A DNA stretch of 64,000 nt. Source: a virus. The position numbers and the translations under genes were made by a program. The notes beneath the pieces were generated by a model, which saw only the letters and a program-made list of their open reading frames with translations, did no database searches and had not been told where the DNA came from. The first letter of the stretch is position 1. Each line of letters starts with the position of its first letter. The stretch spans positions 32,001-96,000 of IMG/VR virus record IMGVR_UViG_3300004463_001172. One strand, written 5' to 3'. Below are positions 27,551-36,761 of this stretch, piece by piece.

Positions 27551-29046
27551 CTGTTACCTTCTGGGATCACCGCGAGAATCCTGCTGGAGACGGCTCGTTT
27601 CTCCGCTGTGGTACCTGGAAGGTCATCGAGTGCTTCCTTGATCGTCATCTCAACTGTCATCCGCCGTAAATCTCTTCGTAGCCCTTCAATGAGTGCCATC
27701 TGTGTTTGCTCAGCTTCCCGCTCACGTTCAGCCTGGGCAATCGCTACACTTGCGACGATTCGTAGGAACTGTCCACCAGCTGCGGCGTGGGTTACGAGAT
27801 CGACACTATTGACCTGACGAATGGCATCGACATGCAAGACTTGCTTTCCACCCGATTCTGTATGATGGGCGTCCCCAGATGAATCAATACTCAGCCCGTA
27901 AGGGAAGACGTACCCTTTCTCCGCTAGGTAGCGTAAATTGTTGCGAAGCCAATCGGCGGAAGGTAAGAGCCGTAATGTCCCCACGAGTCGAGAGCCCTCA
28001 ATCATTGGTTGGGTGAGCACACCAATCAGGTCACGGCTATAACCTTTTGGATTGACACGATACTCTTCATCACTCAGATGATCAAAGACCGGCTTTCCCT
28101 TTAAAGTCCGGTCATACGCATAACAGCGTGCTCCTTCAAACAATGGCGCCGCTTTCCGCAGCACATCGAGTGAATACAGCCGATCATTCTTCGATATGCC
28201 TGCTTCGATAATCGCCACTTTCCACTCGCGGCCATCTGCACCAGACTCTTGCAGAATCGTCATCGTTTCATGGAGCGCTAACGGTTCGCCGTCGATATAG
28301 GATTCTGTAATACTGACCGTCTCGGCTGGCTCTCCATGATACCCTTGCAACATTTGCTGTTGCGGGTCATTTGCTTGGGCTTCTTCAGCTTGTTTCTGCT
28401 GTTCGGCCTGAATCTCTTTGGGTGACTGCCCGCGTAACCGCTTCAGAATATCTAAGACCGTATCAAACTCTTGATAATCCGAATCTTTATGGCGTTGTCC
28501 GGCCTCTTGAAGCGCATCCTCGACCTTTATGGCTTCGATCGCTTCTTGTATCGTATCGTACCGTACCGATTCCTCCATCTCCTGTGCCGCACCAATCTTT
28601 GGCACCAAGCGATTAATCAGGCTCGTCAAGGCATCACGCTCGCCCGAGGTCATTTCTAATTCCCGGCGTCCCAGGAGGTTCAGTGCTGAGTAAATGGCTT
28701 CCTTGTAGCACTCTTCATGGTGCTGCCTGACAGGTTCAGGCATGTCATACTGTTCGGTGAGCGGAACAGGATCTACCGCTGTCAGTGCCGCGACTGTTGC
28801 ATCCACCCATGCTTGCGCCGCCGCATCTAAGATCACATCTGGCTCGGACTCTTTGATCCGGTGCCACTTTCCCTCTTTGTCTTGTTCGTAGAGCTTCTTC
28901 ACGGCGGCGAATGCCACCGCAAATTGTCGAGACTCATCATCATACGACTTCGCCGCACTGTTAAAGGCCGCCATAAAAATACGCTTAGCATGCGCTGGCA
29001 TATCCTTTGTGCTGGCAGGAAGCTCTTTGACGCTTTTATAAGGCAT
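27544..29046 (-). CDS. Prohead protease with N-terminal ChaB domain
   Basis: MPYKSVKELP...P.HAKRIFMAAFNSA...AFAAVKKLY...GKW (ChaB); IIEAGISKN..YS, DH, GLSID, VDLVTHAAAGG (protease). Confidence 0.85.
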   Translation of the reverse strand: MPYKSVKELPASTKDMPAHAKRIFMAAFNSAAKSYDDESRQFAVAFAAVKKLYEQDKEGKWHRIKESEPDVILDAAAQAWVDATVAALTAVDPVPLTEQYDMPEPVRQHHEECYKEAIYSALNLLGRRELEMTSGERDALTSLINRLVPKIGAAQEMEESVRYDTIQEAIEAIKVEDALQEAGQRHKDSDYQEFDTVLDILKRLRGQSPKEIQAEQQKQAEEAQANDPQQQMLQGYHGEPAETVSITESYIDGEPLALHETMTILQESGADGREWKVAIIEAGISKNDRLYSLDVLRKAAPLFEGARCYAYDRTLKGKPVFDHLSDEEYRVNPKGYSRDLIGVLTQPMIEGSRLVGTLRLLPSADWLRNNLRYLAEKGYVFPYGLSIDSSGDAHHTESGGKQVLHVDAIRQVNSVDLVTHAAAGGQFLRIVASVAIAQAEREREAEQTQMALIEGLRRDLRRMTVEMTIKEALDDLPGTTAEKRAVSSRILAVIPEGNRS

Positions 29047-29049
29047 ACG

Positions 29050-29178
29050 CTATGCCTCCACTTCTTCTTTCTCATCGTCGTCGGGCTTCTCGGCGGGTGT
29101 TTGCTCGGTATGCTCGACGTGATGCTCTTCATGATGCGTTTCGTGGGTTTCTTCCTGGGGATATTCGTGCTCAGGCAT
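29050..29178 (-). CDS. 42-aa His/Glu-rich peptide
   Basis: TAAGGAGG RBS; MPEHEYPQEETHETHHEEHHVEHTEQTPAEKPDDDEKEEVEA; not in the ORF track. Confidence 0.7.
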   Translation of the reverse strand: MPEHEYPQEETHETHHEEHHVEHTEQTPAEKPDDDEKEEVEA

Positions 29179-29204
29179 GAGCGGCCTCCTTACAGGCTAG
29201 ACAT

Positions 29205-29262
29205 AAAAAAAGGGGCGATGCGTCCTGATAACTCAGGAAAACATCGCCCCTCGGTTCTTCCG
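29205..29262 (-). terminator. Leader: small CGGAAGAACCG hairpin plus strong intrinsic terminator ahead of the head operon
   Basis: AGGGGCGATG...CATCGCCCCT stem followed by a T tract. Confidence 0.75.
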
Positions 29263-29275
29263 TTAGGCGTGAAAG

Positions 29276-29455
29276 CTAATCGAATTTAATCGTTTGGGTC
29301 ACTTCCTCGACAAATGCCGGCAGTCCATCCCGAACCACCAGCCGCTGAATCGTGCCGAACCGGAGCTGCCGCACTAGTGCTAAGAGCTTCTGCTCCGCGG
29401 GATGCAGCCCCAAGACTTGCAATTCTAGCGGAATCTCGATTGGACACGGCTTCAG
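29276..29455 (-). CDS. Small YezD/DUF2292-like protein
   Basis: Hand translation ...LHPAEQKLLALVRQLRFGTIQRLVVRDGLPAFVEEVTQTIKFD; putative CTG start after AAGGGG, start uncertain. Confidence 0.65.
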   Translation of the reverse strand: MKPCPIEIPLELQVLGLHPAEQKLLALVRQLRFGTIQRLVVRDGLPAFVEEVTQTIKFD

Positions 29456-29520
29456 TGGATATCCCCTTTAGTAAAGAGGTATAACCGTTAATTTGTCAAG
29501 GAGTATTTTCAACAATACTC

Positions 29521-30444
29521 TTATGCTGCCTGAGAATGATCGATCTCGTCCTCTAAGGGAATCGGCAACCCTGATACGACAGGGAACCGTTCTGCGTTCG
29601 AAGCCGGCCAGCGTATCTGCCTCACATTTTCACCACAGAAATACGCATTCCACCCTTTGATCACCAACGCCCAGAGATATTTGGGCGGTAATTTTGCTGT
29701 AGCATTTGCATTATCTTGCAACCGTTCCCGCAGCGCATAAATGGCATTACCTTTTTGGAGATTTTCACCTGAGATCAGAAACTCGAAAAACTCATCTGCA
29801 AGTTCGGCATCGGCACGCTTAAACAAGTAATACAGAAAGGCTGCATGCGACGGTTGCAGAAGATGTTTTTTGGAGACAGCATACCCAATTCGAATACTCT
29901 CGTGGATGCTAGGATTCCCCCGTAAGCACTCAAATAACTGCGGGATACTCCCTCGCTGAAAGATATCTGGCCATGTGCCTTGCTTAAATGCCCATAAGAG
30001 CTTTGTCGCCGCTCCAGTTGGGCTTGCGTTATTATATCCCTGGATTGCAATTGCGTCGGCGAATGTCCGACTCTTCCCTGAATCAGCAATCAACCGAGCT
30101 TCAGATGGATAGCCACGCCCGACGAGCATTTCTACTTCAATACCAGGCTGCAACTTATCCGCTTCAGAGACAGCATTAAGGCGATGGAATCCATCAATCA
30201 ACTCTTCCTTCCCAGCGTCATCGAATGAGAACTTAATGATCGATTCATAGGGTACCCACGGCCCCTCCACCATCATTTCCGCTAGGCGTCTAACCCGTGC
30301 TTTCTCTAAATATCGATTCTTTCCTCCAGAGGTTAGATACTTTTGTGCAGTGGCTGCATTGATACGCTCTAGCTGTAGGTTTTGCAGGTTTTGTAACGCT
30401 TCTTGCGCATCGATTACTTTAGGCATATCTTTACCCTCACGCAA
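29521..30444 (-). CDS. ParB/Srx-like N-terminal domain protein
   Basis: NR....V..LA..M..G.W, LIDGFHRLNA, DSGKSRT..D; lower GC than flanks. Confidence 0.75.
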   Translation of the reverse strand: MREGKDMPKVIDAQEALQNLQNLQLERINAATAQKYLTSGGKNRYLEKARVRRLAEMMVEGPWVPYESIIKFSFDDAGKEELIDGFHRLNAVSEADKLQPGIEVEMLVGRGYPSEARLIADSGKSRTFADAIAIQGYNNASPTGAATKLLWAFKQGTWPDIFQRGSIPQLFECLRGNPSIHESIRIGYAVSKKHLLQPSHAAFLYYLFKRADAELADEFFEFLISGENLQKGNAIYALRERLQDNANATAKLPPKYLWALVIKGWNAYFCGENVRQIRWPASNAERFPVVSGLPIPLEDEIDHSQAA

Positions 30445-30474
30445 CGAGTTTAACCCTTGAGCCCACTGAATGTG

Positions 30475-31101
30475 CTAGCATTCAATGGGCTCTCTTATTT
30501 TAGGGACTTCCTCTTCTAGGCTCATTAAGAACCCAAGGGTTGTTTCAAGTCTTGTATGCCCCATTTCCCTCTGTAATAGACGGAGTACTCTCAGCATAAA
30601 TTTGAGGTCCATGCCCTCCTTTCTCGCCAGCCGAATGGCTCGCGTTTTCAGTAGAGACATTGGCACCACGCGCCCAGATAACCCAGAAGCCTTCGCTGCA
30701 CTTGATACAATCTGCCATATCTGAGTTCGGCTTATAGGTGCCGAAAACCGGCCTTTACGGCTACCCGCCATAAACGTCTTTGGGCCAAACCCTGCACCAA
30801 CCCGTTTCCGTAACTCCGTAATCCATGTATGTGTTACAAGTATTCCATCCGGTGATAGTGTGACAAAAGGCTGCATGAGCCCATCAGTATTTATGACGTC
30901 TCCAACCTGAATTTTGGCTACCTCGCTATTCCGATATCCCAATTCCAGCATCACATGAATAATCCATTGATCTCGCCGCCAATATTCAGAAGACTTTACG
31001 CTTGAGAGAACTGACTTAACCTCTAGACGTGTAAGGCTTTTAGCTGGACCAGGAAGGTTCTTCATGACATTTAGTTTCCTCCTATGTGTGATATAGGGCA
31101 A
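30475..31101 (-). CDS. Tyrosine recombinase-like protein with degenerate active site
   Basis: LGYRNSEV...GDV, ISRTQIWQIV..AA..SGL, PMSLLKT (normally HxLRKT), MGH...TTLGFL (normally Y). Confidence 0.75.
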   Translation of the reverse strand: MPYITHRRKLNVMKNLPGPAKSLTRLEVKSVLSSVKSSEYWRRDQWIIHVMLELGYRNSEVAKIQVGDVINTDGLMQPFVTLSPDGILVTHTWITELRKRVGAGFGPKTFMAGSRKGRFSAPISRTQIWQIVSSAAKASGLSGRVVPMSLLKTRAIRLARKEGMDLKFMLRVLRLLQREMGHTRLETTLGFLMSLEEEVPKIREPIEC

Positions 31102-31173
31102 CTAGTTATATTCACAGCAAACCAGTAGAATAACCGTAATCTCATGCGCGTTGTACCGCACACTCACTGGCCT

Positions 31174-32887
31174 TTATCGCCCCTCACGTCGATAAGCCTG
31201 CTCTCGCCGCCACGCGGCTTCCATTTGCCGAAAGAGGGGTTGCGATACTAAGACATAGTCACCGACGGGCGTCCCAATGACACTGCTGGCATCCATCACC
31301 TCGACAAAGATCGGCCAGCCGAATTGCTGCGGGGGGTCCAAGAGGACTTGCGTGCGCTCGCTCGCGGCGGCCACGACCGTCAGGCGCCGCAGCCATAAGG
31401 GCTCCCCATCCAACTGAATGCTTGTGCGGGTTCCATAATTGCCAATCTGGATCCGGATGCATCCCTCAGCCATTATTCCCTCGGTCATGACGTAAAGAGT
31501 GTGTCGAGATCACCTTCCCCCAACCGGCTCAGATCTGGATTATATGCCACCAACCGGTTCCATTCGGGTCCTGGGCGTACAGCATCGGCTTTCATCAGGA
31601 GCCGTAAGTCTTCCTTCGCGTCTGGTCCCAATGGCGGTCCTATCGGGCGTACCTCCTCCCAGCGTGGCCCTACCTGAAGGATGCCTACCGCCAGGCAGTA
31701 ATGAAGGAGGAGCATCCCCTGATATGGAATATGGGGTATCGGCGTCTTCCACGTCGGATTCATCGCCACTCCTCTGCATAGTGCATAGAGCCTAGCCCTT
31801 CACATGCATCTCGCGTCAGGCGTCTTGGTGAGCGTGCAGGCCTTCTGGAGCTGATTCACGATCCGCAACAGGAACGTCACATCTTCCGCATAACATTGTG
31901 GCCAATTGCCATCGTCCGCTAACGCTCGTGCCTGAATCGCTAAGGCCTTTATCTCAGTTAAGCGCTGTACTTTATCCTTCAAACGGCCTATGACTAATGG
32001 CTGCATAATACGTTTTCCTGCGGAGGTCATCCCATTATTCCGAGCCATCGTCCACGTCCTCTTCATCCCGGACATAGCCAAGTGCATTAAACTCGTCATC
32101 AGATTCTCTACTATGTGGGCAGTGGGTGTGTGCCGGTCACTCCCACCGTGACCCCTTCCCGCGAGCCATCTTCGCTTGCCCCTAACGCCTTGACCAGAAC
32201 GGTGATTAGTCCCTCTCCCGGCTGAGGGAGCGCCTCAAGGTTCTGGGGATCATCTGGTGCATAGCGCCGCGGCTGGGAATCAATGGTGATGTCTACATAG
32301 ACACCAGTTCTCCATCGTGTGATCATATAGACATGGCCTACATAGCCATTGACCGTGACCTCACACCCTTCACGAAGGTCCTGAAGCCATCTCGAGGTTG
32401 GCTTGAACGCCAACTGAAGGCTTCCTGCAATCATGTGACTCATTCTAGGTTCTCTTCATACCGGATATACCCGAGTGCATTAAACTCGTCAGCCGTTAGT
32501 GTCCGGCGGACACTATTATAGACTGGCGGTTCGGTCGATAGTATGAGTTGTCCAACTGACGCATCCGTCGGGCCACTGATCCATGTGATCCGCATGGGGC
32601 GATAGGGTGGCTTGGGCAGGCAATAAAGGTCACTGGTGCCTTGGCCAGATAGCCATCGTTGTAAGATCTCATCATAGCTCACGGGAGTCATGATAGGCTC
32701 CTTTGCACTAACGCCCACTGTTCTGGTGTGAGGTCGGTCTCATCAACATAGAAGACTAATTCCCACCCTAGCGTCTCCCCAGGTGTCTGTTCGAGGCACA
32801 ATCGACCTGGGACCGTCCACGTCGGCCCAACTGCAGGCGTATGGAAGGTCACCAAGGCTTCAGGGTCACGGATCACGAATCGATGGA
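31174..32887 (-). other. Run of about six small hypothetical genes between MuF and head genes
   Basis: Closely packed or coupled ORFs 31174-31488, 31485-31769, 31800-32099, 32111-32443, 32440-32718, 32688-32936. Confidence 0.55.
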
Positions 32888-32901
32888 GCATTCGATCCCC
32901 C

Positions 32902-33354
32902 TCAGAACGGCACATCATAAGGTGCGATCTCAACACTCAGCCGCCCATGATCCATCTCAGTGGTTTCCTCCCAGGCCCGTTTTAAGCGACGATAGGGCGA
33001 TAACTGACACCAGTCACAATGACAGGAATCCGCGCTTTCCTGCTCGGTATCCCCGTCATTTTTTGCCACTATTCCTGCCGCTGTTGATATCGTACAGGCC
33101 TTGGCTGGAGCCGGTTCAGACTGGAATATCGCGGAAAAGTTCGCGGAATGATGTGATGGGGATGCCTCCGCGTTATGTTCCGCGATATTCCGCGTTATTT
33201 TCCGCGATATTTTCCGCGATTGATGGGTCGTTAAATGCCGGTGGAGCGCATCGGCCGAGACCTGATACCGCTGCGCAATCTCTTTCGCAGTACCGCGTGC
33301 CCGCTCCATCGTAGCTCGATTCGGATGTCGACAAATGGAGCATGGGCGTCCCAT
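32902..33354 (-). CDS. CxxC-H Zn-binding HTH protein
   Basis: MGRPCSICRHPNR...IAQRYQVSADALHRHLTTH; short 12-bp repeats near 33180-33220. Confidence 0.6.
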   Translation of the reverse strand: MGRPCSICRHPNRATMERARGTAKEIAQRYQVSADALHRHLTTHQSRKISRKITRNIAEHNAEASPSHHSANFSAIFQSEPAPAKACTISTAAGIVAKNDGDTEQESADSCHCDWCQLSPYRRLKRAWEETTEMDHGRLSVEIAPYDVPF

Positions 33355-33633
33355 CCCGTTCCCTCTCTCACACCCGCTAGGTGACCCGATCTCGGGTGAC
33401 CCTGGCTCTTGGTATGTCCCAAGGCCTAATCGTGTCACCTGGCGTCTCTATGACCATATACTCTACGTCATTCCCGATGCATACTTTGCGCGTGTGCGCT
33501 ATTCATACATAGCGCTATTGCGCAAAGTATGCATTCTCTCTGGGTATCTGACACCCACACCATCTCTCTAACATATTGTTCATAGAGAGAATAATCGACT
33601 ATTTCCCATAATATGTATTCTGTTACGTCGTCC

Positions 33634-34545
33634 TTACTCCCCGTCGAGGGCCGGTCGCAAGGATTCGACATCCACGACGCTTCGGCATCGACAGCTAATG
33701 GCGAGTGCGGCCGGTAATCTAGGATCGTGAGGCCCCTTCGCTTGATAGGTCGCTCCATCCGTATCCTGCAAGGTAAAGTCGCCCGTCAGCACCGGACGTT
33801 GGGCTAACAACGCCGGTCGGCGGTGTGCCGGTCTCACCCGCGCATCGCCCGCATTGAGCCATTGCTTGCGCGGGGTGAGTTCCGGAAAGACCTGAGAGGC
33901 TCGCTGCTGTAGTTGCTCCTGTCGGCTCTGGGTGGCCAAGCTGAACGACCGATTGAGTTCCGTGCGGGTTATCACCTCCGCACGTGTGGCGATAGACCCG
34001 AAGCGTCCCGCCGCATCAGCTTGGGTCCGCAGCACCTCGGCCACCTCACGCTGGATCTGAAACGGGGTTCGCCCGCCAAGTGTCCCTAATTGTAGTTCGG
34101 TTGAAATTTTTCGGATGGCATCAGCACTCATGTTCGTAATAAGCTCTGCTTGATACCCCTGAAGAATACTGACGAGCCTTGGTTCAATGCTCGGAATCGC
34201 CGCCATGATATCTAAACCAACAGCCACGAGCGGCTGATCAACACTTGTCAGACCGAAGTCCCACATGTGGCGTGATTGCTCATCAAAATAACGATGGTAC
34301 GTGCGGGAAAATTCGGCCATAGTTTCTTCAACTGATCGTTGTAGTCGTGGCAGGAATTGGGCAAGATAGCTGCTTTCATCAACTTCACTGATGGCATCGA
34401 TAATCCGCCGCCTCGCATCGGCCAATAGTTGTAAAACTCGTTTAACGGATGCCTCTTCAAGGTTATCAACCTCCTTAAGCAGCGCTGCCAATGTATCAGC
34501 ATAACGCTGCTCAGGAGATTGAGCCGCAAGTAAGCGGTTAGTCAA
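33634..34545 (-). CDS. Minor head morphogenesis protein (MuF / SPP1 gp7 family)
   Basis: RAEVITRTELNR, KQW...D.RVRP.H, PHDPRLPA...ISCRC; follows the portal. Confidence 0.9.
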   Translation of the reverse strand: MTNRLLAAQSPEQRYADTLAALLKEVDNLEEASVKRVLQLLADARRRIIDAISEVDESSYLAQFLPRLQRSVEETMAEFSRTYHRYFDEQSRHMWDFGLTSVDQPLVAVGLDIMAAIPSIEPRLVSILQGYQAELITNMSADAIRKISTELQLGTLGGRTPFQIQREVAEVLRTQADAAGRFGSIATRAEVITRTELNRSFSLATQSRQEQLQQRASQVFPELTPRKQWLNAGDARVRPAHRRPALLAQRPVLTGDFTLQDTDGATYQAKGPHDPRLPAALAISCRCRSVVDVESLRPALDGE

Positions 34546-34550
34546 AGTAA

Positions 34551-34630
34551 AACCCCTAGCTCACCTCACCATAACTAACCATACCCCACCCCAACTAACC
34601 CAACCTCGCCAAAGCCGACCGCACCAACCC
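34551..34630 (-). repeat. Pentamer-period array, 16 units, GGT-NN on the minus strand
   Basis: gggtt ggtgc ggtcg gcttt ggcga ggttg ggtta gttgg ggtgg ggtat ggtta gttat ggtga ggtga gctag gggtt. Confidence 0.88.
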
Positions 34631-34786
34631 TCACCGGATTTTCTGTCGTTCCGCTTTTTCTCGTATCGATAACTCAATAATAGCCGTCATTGAGATACCA
34701 TTTGCTTCAGCTAACGCTTTTAAGAGCCGTTGCGCTTCAGCACTCAAACGGAACGTCATGGGCTTAGATTCACCAGTCTCAGCCAT
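34631..34786 (-). CDS. Ribbon-helix-helix DNA-binding protein
   Basis: SKPMTFRLSAEAQRLLKALAEANGISMTAIIELSIREKA; similar to 8710-8892. Confidence 0.75.
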   Translation of the reverse strand: MAETGESKPMTFRLSAEAQRLLKALAEANGISMTAIIELSIREKAERQKIR

Positions 34787-34792
34787 ACCAAT

Positions 34793-34822
34793 ATTATACA
34801 TACTGAGACTGTACAACGTCAA
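34793..34822 (-). promoter_or_regulatory. Promoter TTGACG-18-TATAAT, likely leaderless
   Basis: ATG 6 nt after the -10; inverted repeat CAGTCTCAG (34774-34782) / CTGAGACTG (34803-34811). Confidence 0.7.
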
Positions 34823-34861
34823 TACAATTCTTGCGGTGTCAAGGCTTCACGGATCAGCAGC

Positions 34862-36388
34862 CTACCGGCTATAGCGCTGTTCCCGTTCGGTGACGTCTCG
34901 CCCCAGCACTCCTCCTGGCCGCTGTCGTGACGCGGCCGCCAAGCCCCGCGCCTGGTCTAGCTGGAGTGGTGTCTGGGGCTCCGGTAATATTTCTGGTTTA
35001 GGAGCCTCGGGAATCGTCTGGGCCTCCTCGGGGAGTCCTTCGGGTAAGGGCGGTAGCTCAATCCCCAGTTCCGCCGCCACGCGCCGGGCCAGACTGGCCG
35101 CCTCCGCTTTCGTAAAGTAGTGCTGTTGCTCCCCGACCAGCACCGCCGCCGTTACATCTTTGAGCGTCGTCGCCGCTTGCGCGAGGTCTGGCGTACTAAC
35201 TTCCGAGGCTTCAACCGTAATCTGCTTGGCCTCGTTATTCAGTGTTTTGGGCAGACGTCCGGCCAGTATGGCTTGATCCCGCACAAACTCCAAGATCGAT
35301 TGCATCATTGCCTTCACTTCTTTTTGGCGCTTACTGAGGGACTTTAGAATGGGCAGGGATTGGGAGTCGAGGGTGGATCGATTCGTATCGGCTCCAGAAA
35401 ATACCCATGCCTCTGGGAACCCATTGGAAATCATGGTTTGCATCCGCATCGTGCGGGCTTGCTCGCTGATATCCGTGGCATGGAGGTCAGGCGCAATCGC
35501 TTGCCAGTGCACATTCTGGTTATGGGCGCGCATGCTACTGCCCCGAGGAATCGAGTTGCGCGCGAGCCAGGCTTTGATCTGGTCTTCGCTCATATTATCA
35601 AGCGTCACATCCCAGAGCATATCCGTATAGTAAGTAGCGCGTTCGGCCTGTCCGAACAAGAACCGGTCGTAGAGGTCGAGCCAATCAAAGCTACAGAGGA
35701 GGTCCGAGCGCCCCCGGGCCGCATTGCTCAGGTTATTAATCGCAAAGAAGAAGGTTCCGACCGGCCGCTCGTCACTGACCCCTCGCGTGCCGATGAGCAA
35801 GCCGTGCGTGGGCGAGCGCTCTTGCTCATCCACATGAATAATAGGGATGGGTGGGGGCTCAAGGCCTTGGCGTGATTTGAGGTGCACGGCGGTGAGGATT
35901 TCGGCGTTATTCGGGTCTATCGCCACATGCTTGACATTGGCAGGGTCGATATAGCCCAGCCGTACCCGGCCATCCGATGCCCGGACAAAGGCCGGCCAGA
36001 TACTTTCCCCAAAGATAAAGAGCTGCCGCACTCGCTTGAATTGCTTGATCGGCCAGGCGTTGATGGGGTCATGCCAGAACTCGTCCAAAACCTCCTGGAG
36101 CGCGTCATTCCCGGCTTTATAGGTAAAGCCTTCGCCGACGACAAAATCCACTAAGATTTCGATCATCCGGTGCGCGAGGGGGTTGCTATCATACTGCCAG
36201 GCCGCAATCTCGAACATGCGGTCTTGCTCAAGAGGCTCTAAGCTGCGGTCCCCTTGGCTGGTGAGGCTCCGGTACGCCCGTGCGGGATTAAAGTTATCGC
36301 CCGCCCAATCTGGATCAGGTCCCAGCAGTGGCCCCGCTTCGGTCAGCCGCACGCCTTGGGACGTGAGCCACGTCTGCATCCAACTCAT
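34862..36388 (-). CDS. Portal protein
   Basis: NPLAHRMIEILVDFVVGEG, FGE, RGRSDL; 508 aa between terminase and MuF. Confidence 0.88.
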   Translation of the reverse strand: MSWMQTWLTSQGVRLTEAGPLLGPDPDWAGDNFNPARAYRSLTSQGDRSLEPLEQDRMFEIAAWQYDSNPLAHRMIEILVDFVVGEGFTYKAGNDALQEVLDEFWHDPINAWPIKQFKRVRQLFIFGESIWPAFVRASDGRVRLGYIDPANVKHVAIDPNNAEILTAVHLKSRQGLEPPPIPIIHVDEQERSPTHGLLIGTRGVSDERPVGTFFFAINNLSNAARGRSDLLCSFDWLDLYDRFLFGQAERATYYTDMLWDVTLDNMSEDQIKAWLARNSIPRGSSMRAHNQNVHWQAIAPDLHATDISEQARTMRMQTMISNGFPEAWVFSGADTNRSTLDSQSLPILKSLSKRQKEVKAMMQSILEFVRDQAILAGRLPKTLNNEAKQITVEASEVSTPDLAQAATTLKDVTAAVLVGEQQHYFTKAEAASLARRVAAELGIELPPLPEGLPEEAQTIPEAPKPEILPEPQTPLQLDQARGLAAASRQRPGGVLGRDVTEREQRYSR

Positions 36389-36738
36389 GCTTTACTCCGA
36401 CTTCCCGGCGCAAGGCCGAAGAGAGGTTGTGGGACTTCTTGGGTATAGATCCCATGTTCCTGTTGCGCACTGAGATCCTGCCCCATGATGGCCTTGAGCC
36501 AGGCATACCCATCTGCGGTGATTTGTGACAGATTGCCTTGTGCGTCCGCGCGGTGCCAATCCTCCCAAGTACTGAGCTGGCGGAGACATTCGGCTTCATC
36601 GAACACCTCACGCCAGCGCCCACCCCAAAAGACGGGATCATAGAGCCCATAGCGTGGGGGCTCATCAGGGACAGAGACCAGATCGGTATACTCAGCATGG
36701 AGGCGCTCCCGGCCCTTCCGGTCCTTCAGCGTGTGCAT
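36385..36738 (-). CDS. Hypothetical protein
   Basis: ATGA coupling to the portal gene; start uncertain. Confidence 0.55.
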   Translation of the reverse strand: MHTLKDRKGRERLHAEYTDLVSVPDEPPRYGLYDPVFWGGRWREVFDEAECLRQLSTWEDWHRADAQGNLSQITADGYAWLKAIMGQDLSAQQEHGIYTQEVPQPLFGLAPGSRSKA

Positions 36739-36761
36739 CGTCACCCGTCGAGCATAAATAA

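Noticed and set aside
30475-31101. Prophage integrase and att boundary
   Set aside because: Catalytic residues are degenerate and phage genes continue on both sides; no att site or host genes seen.
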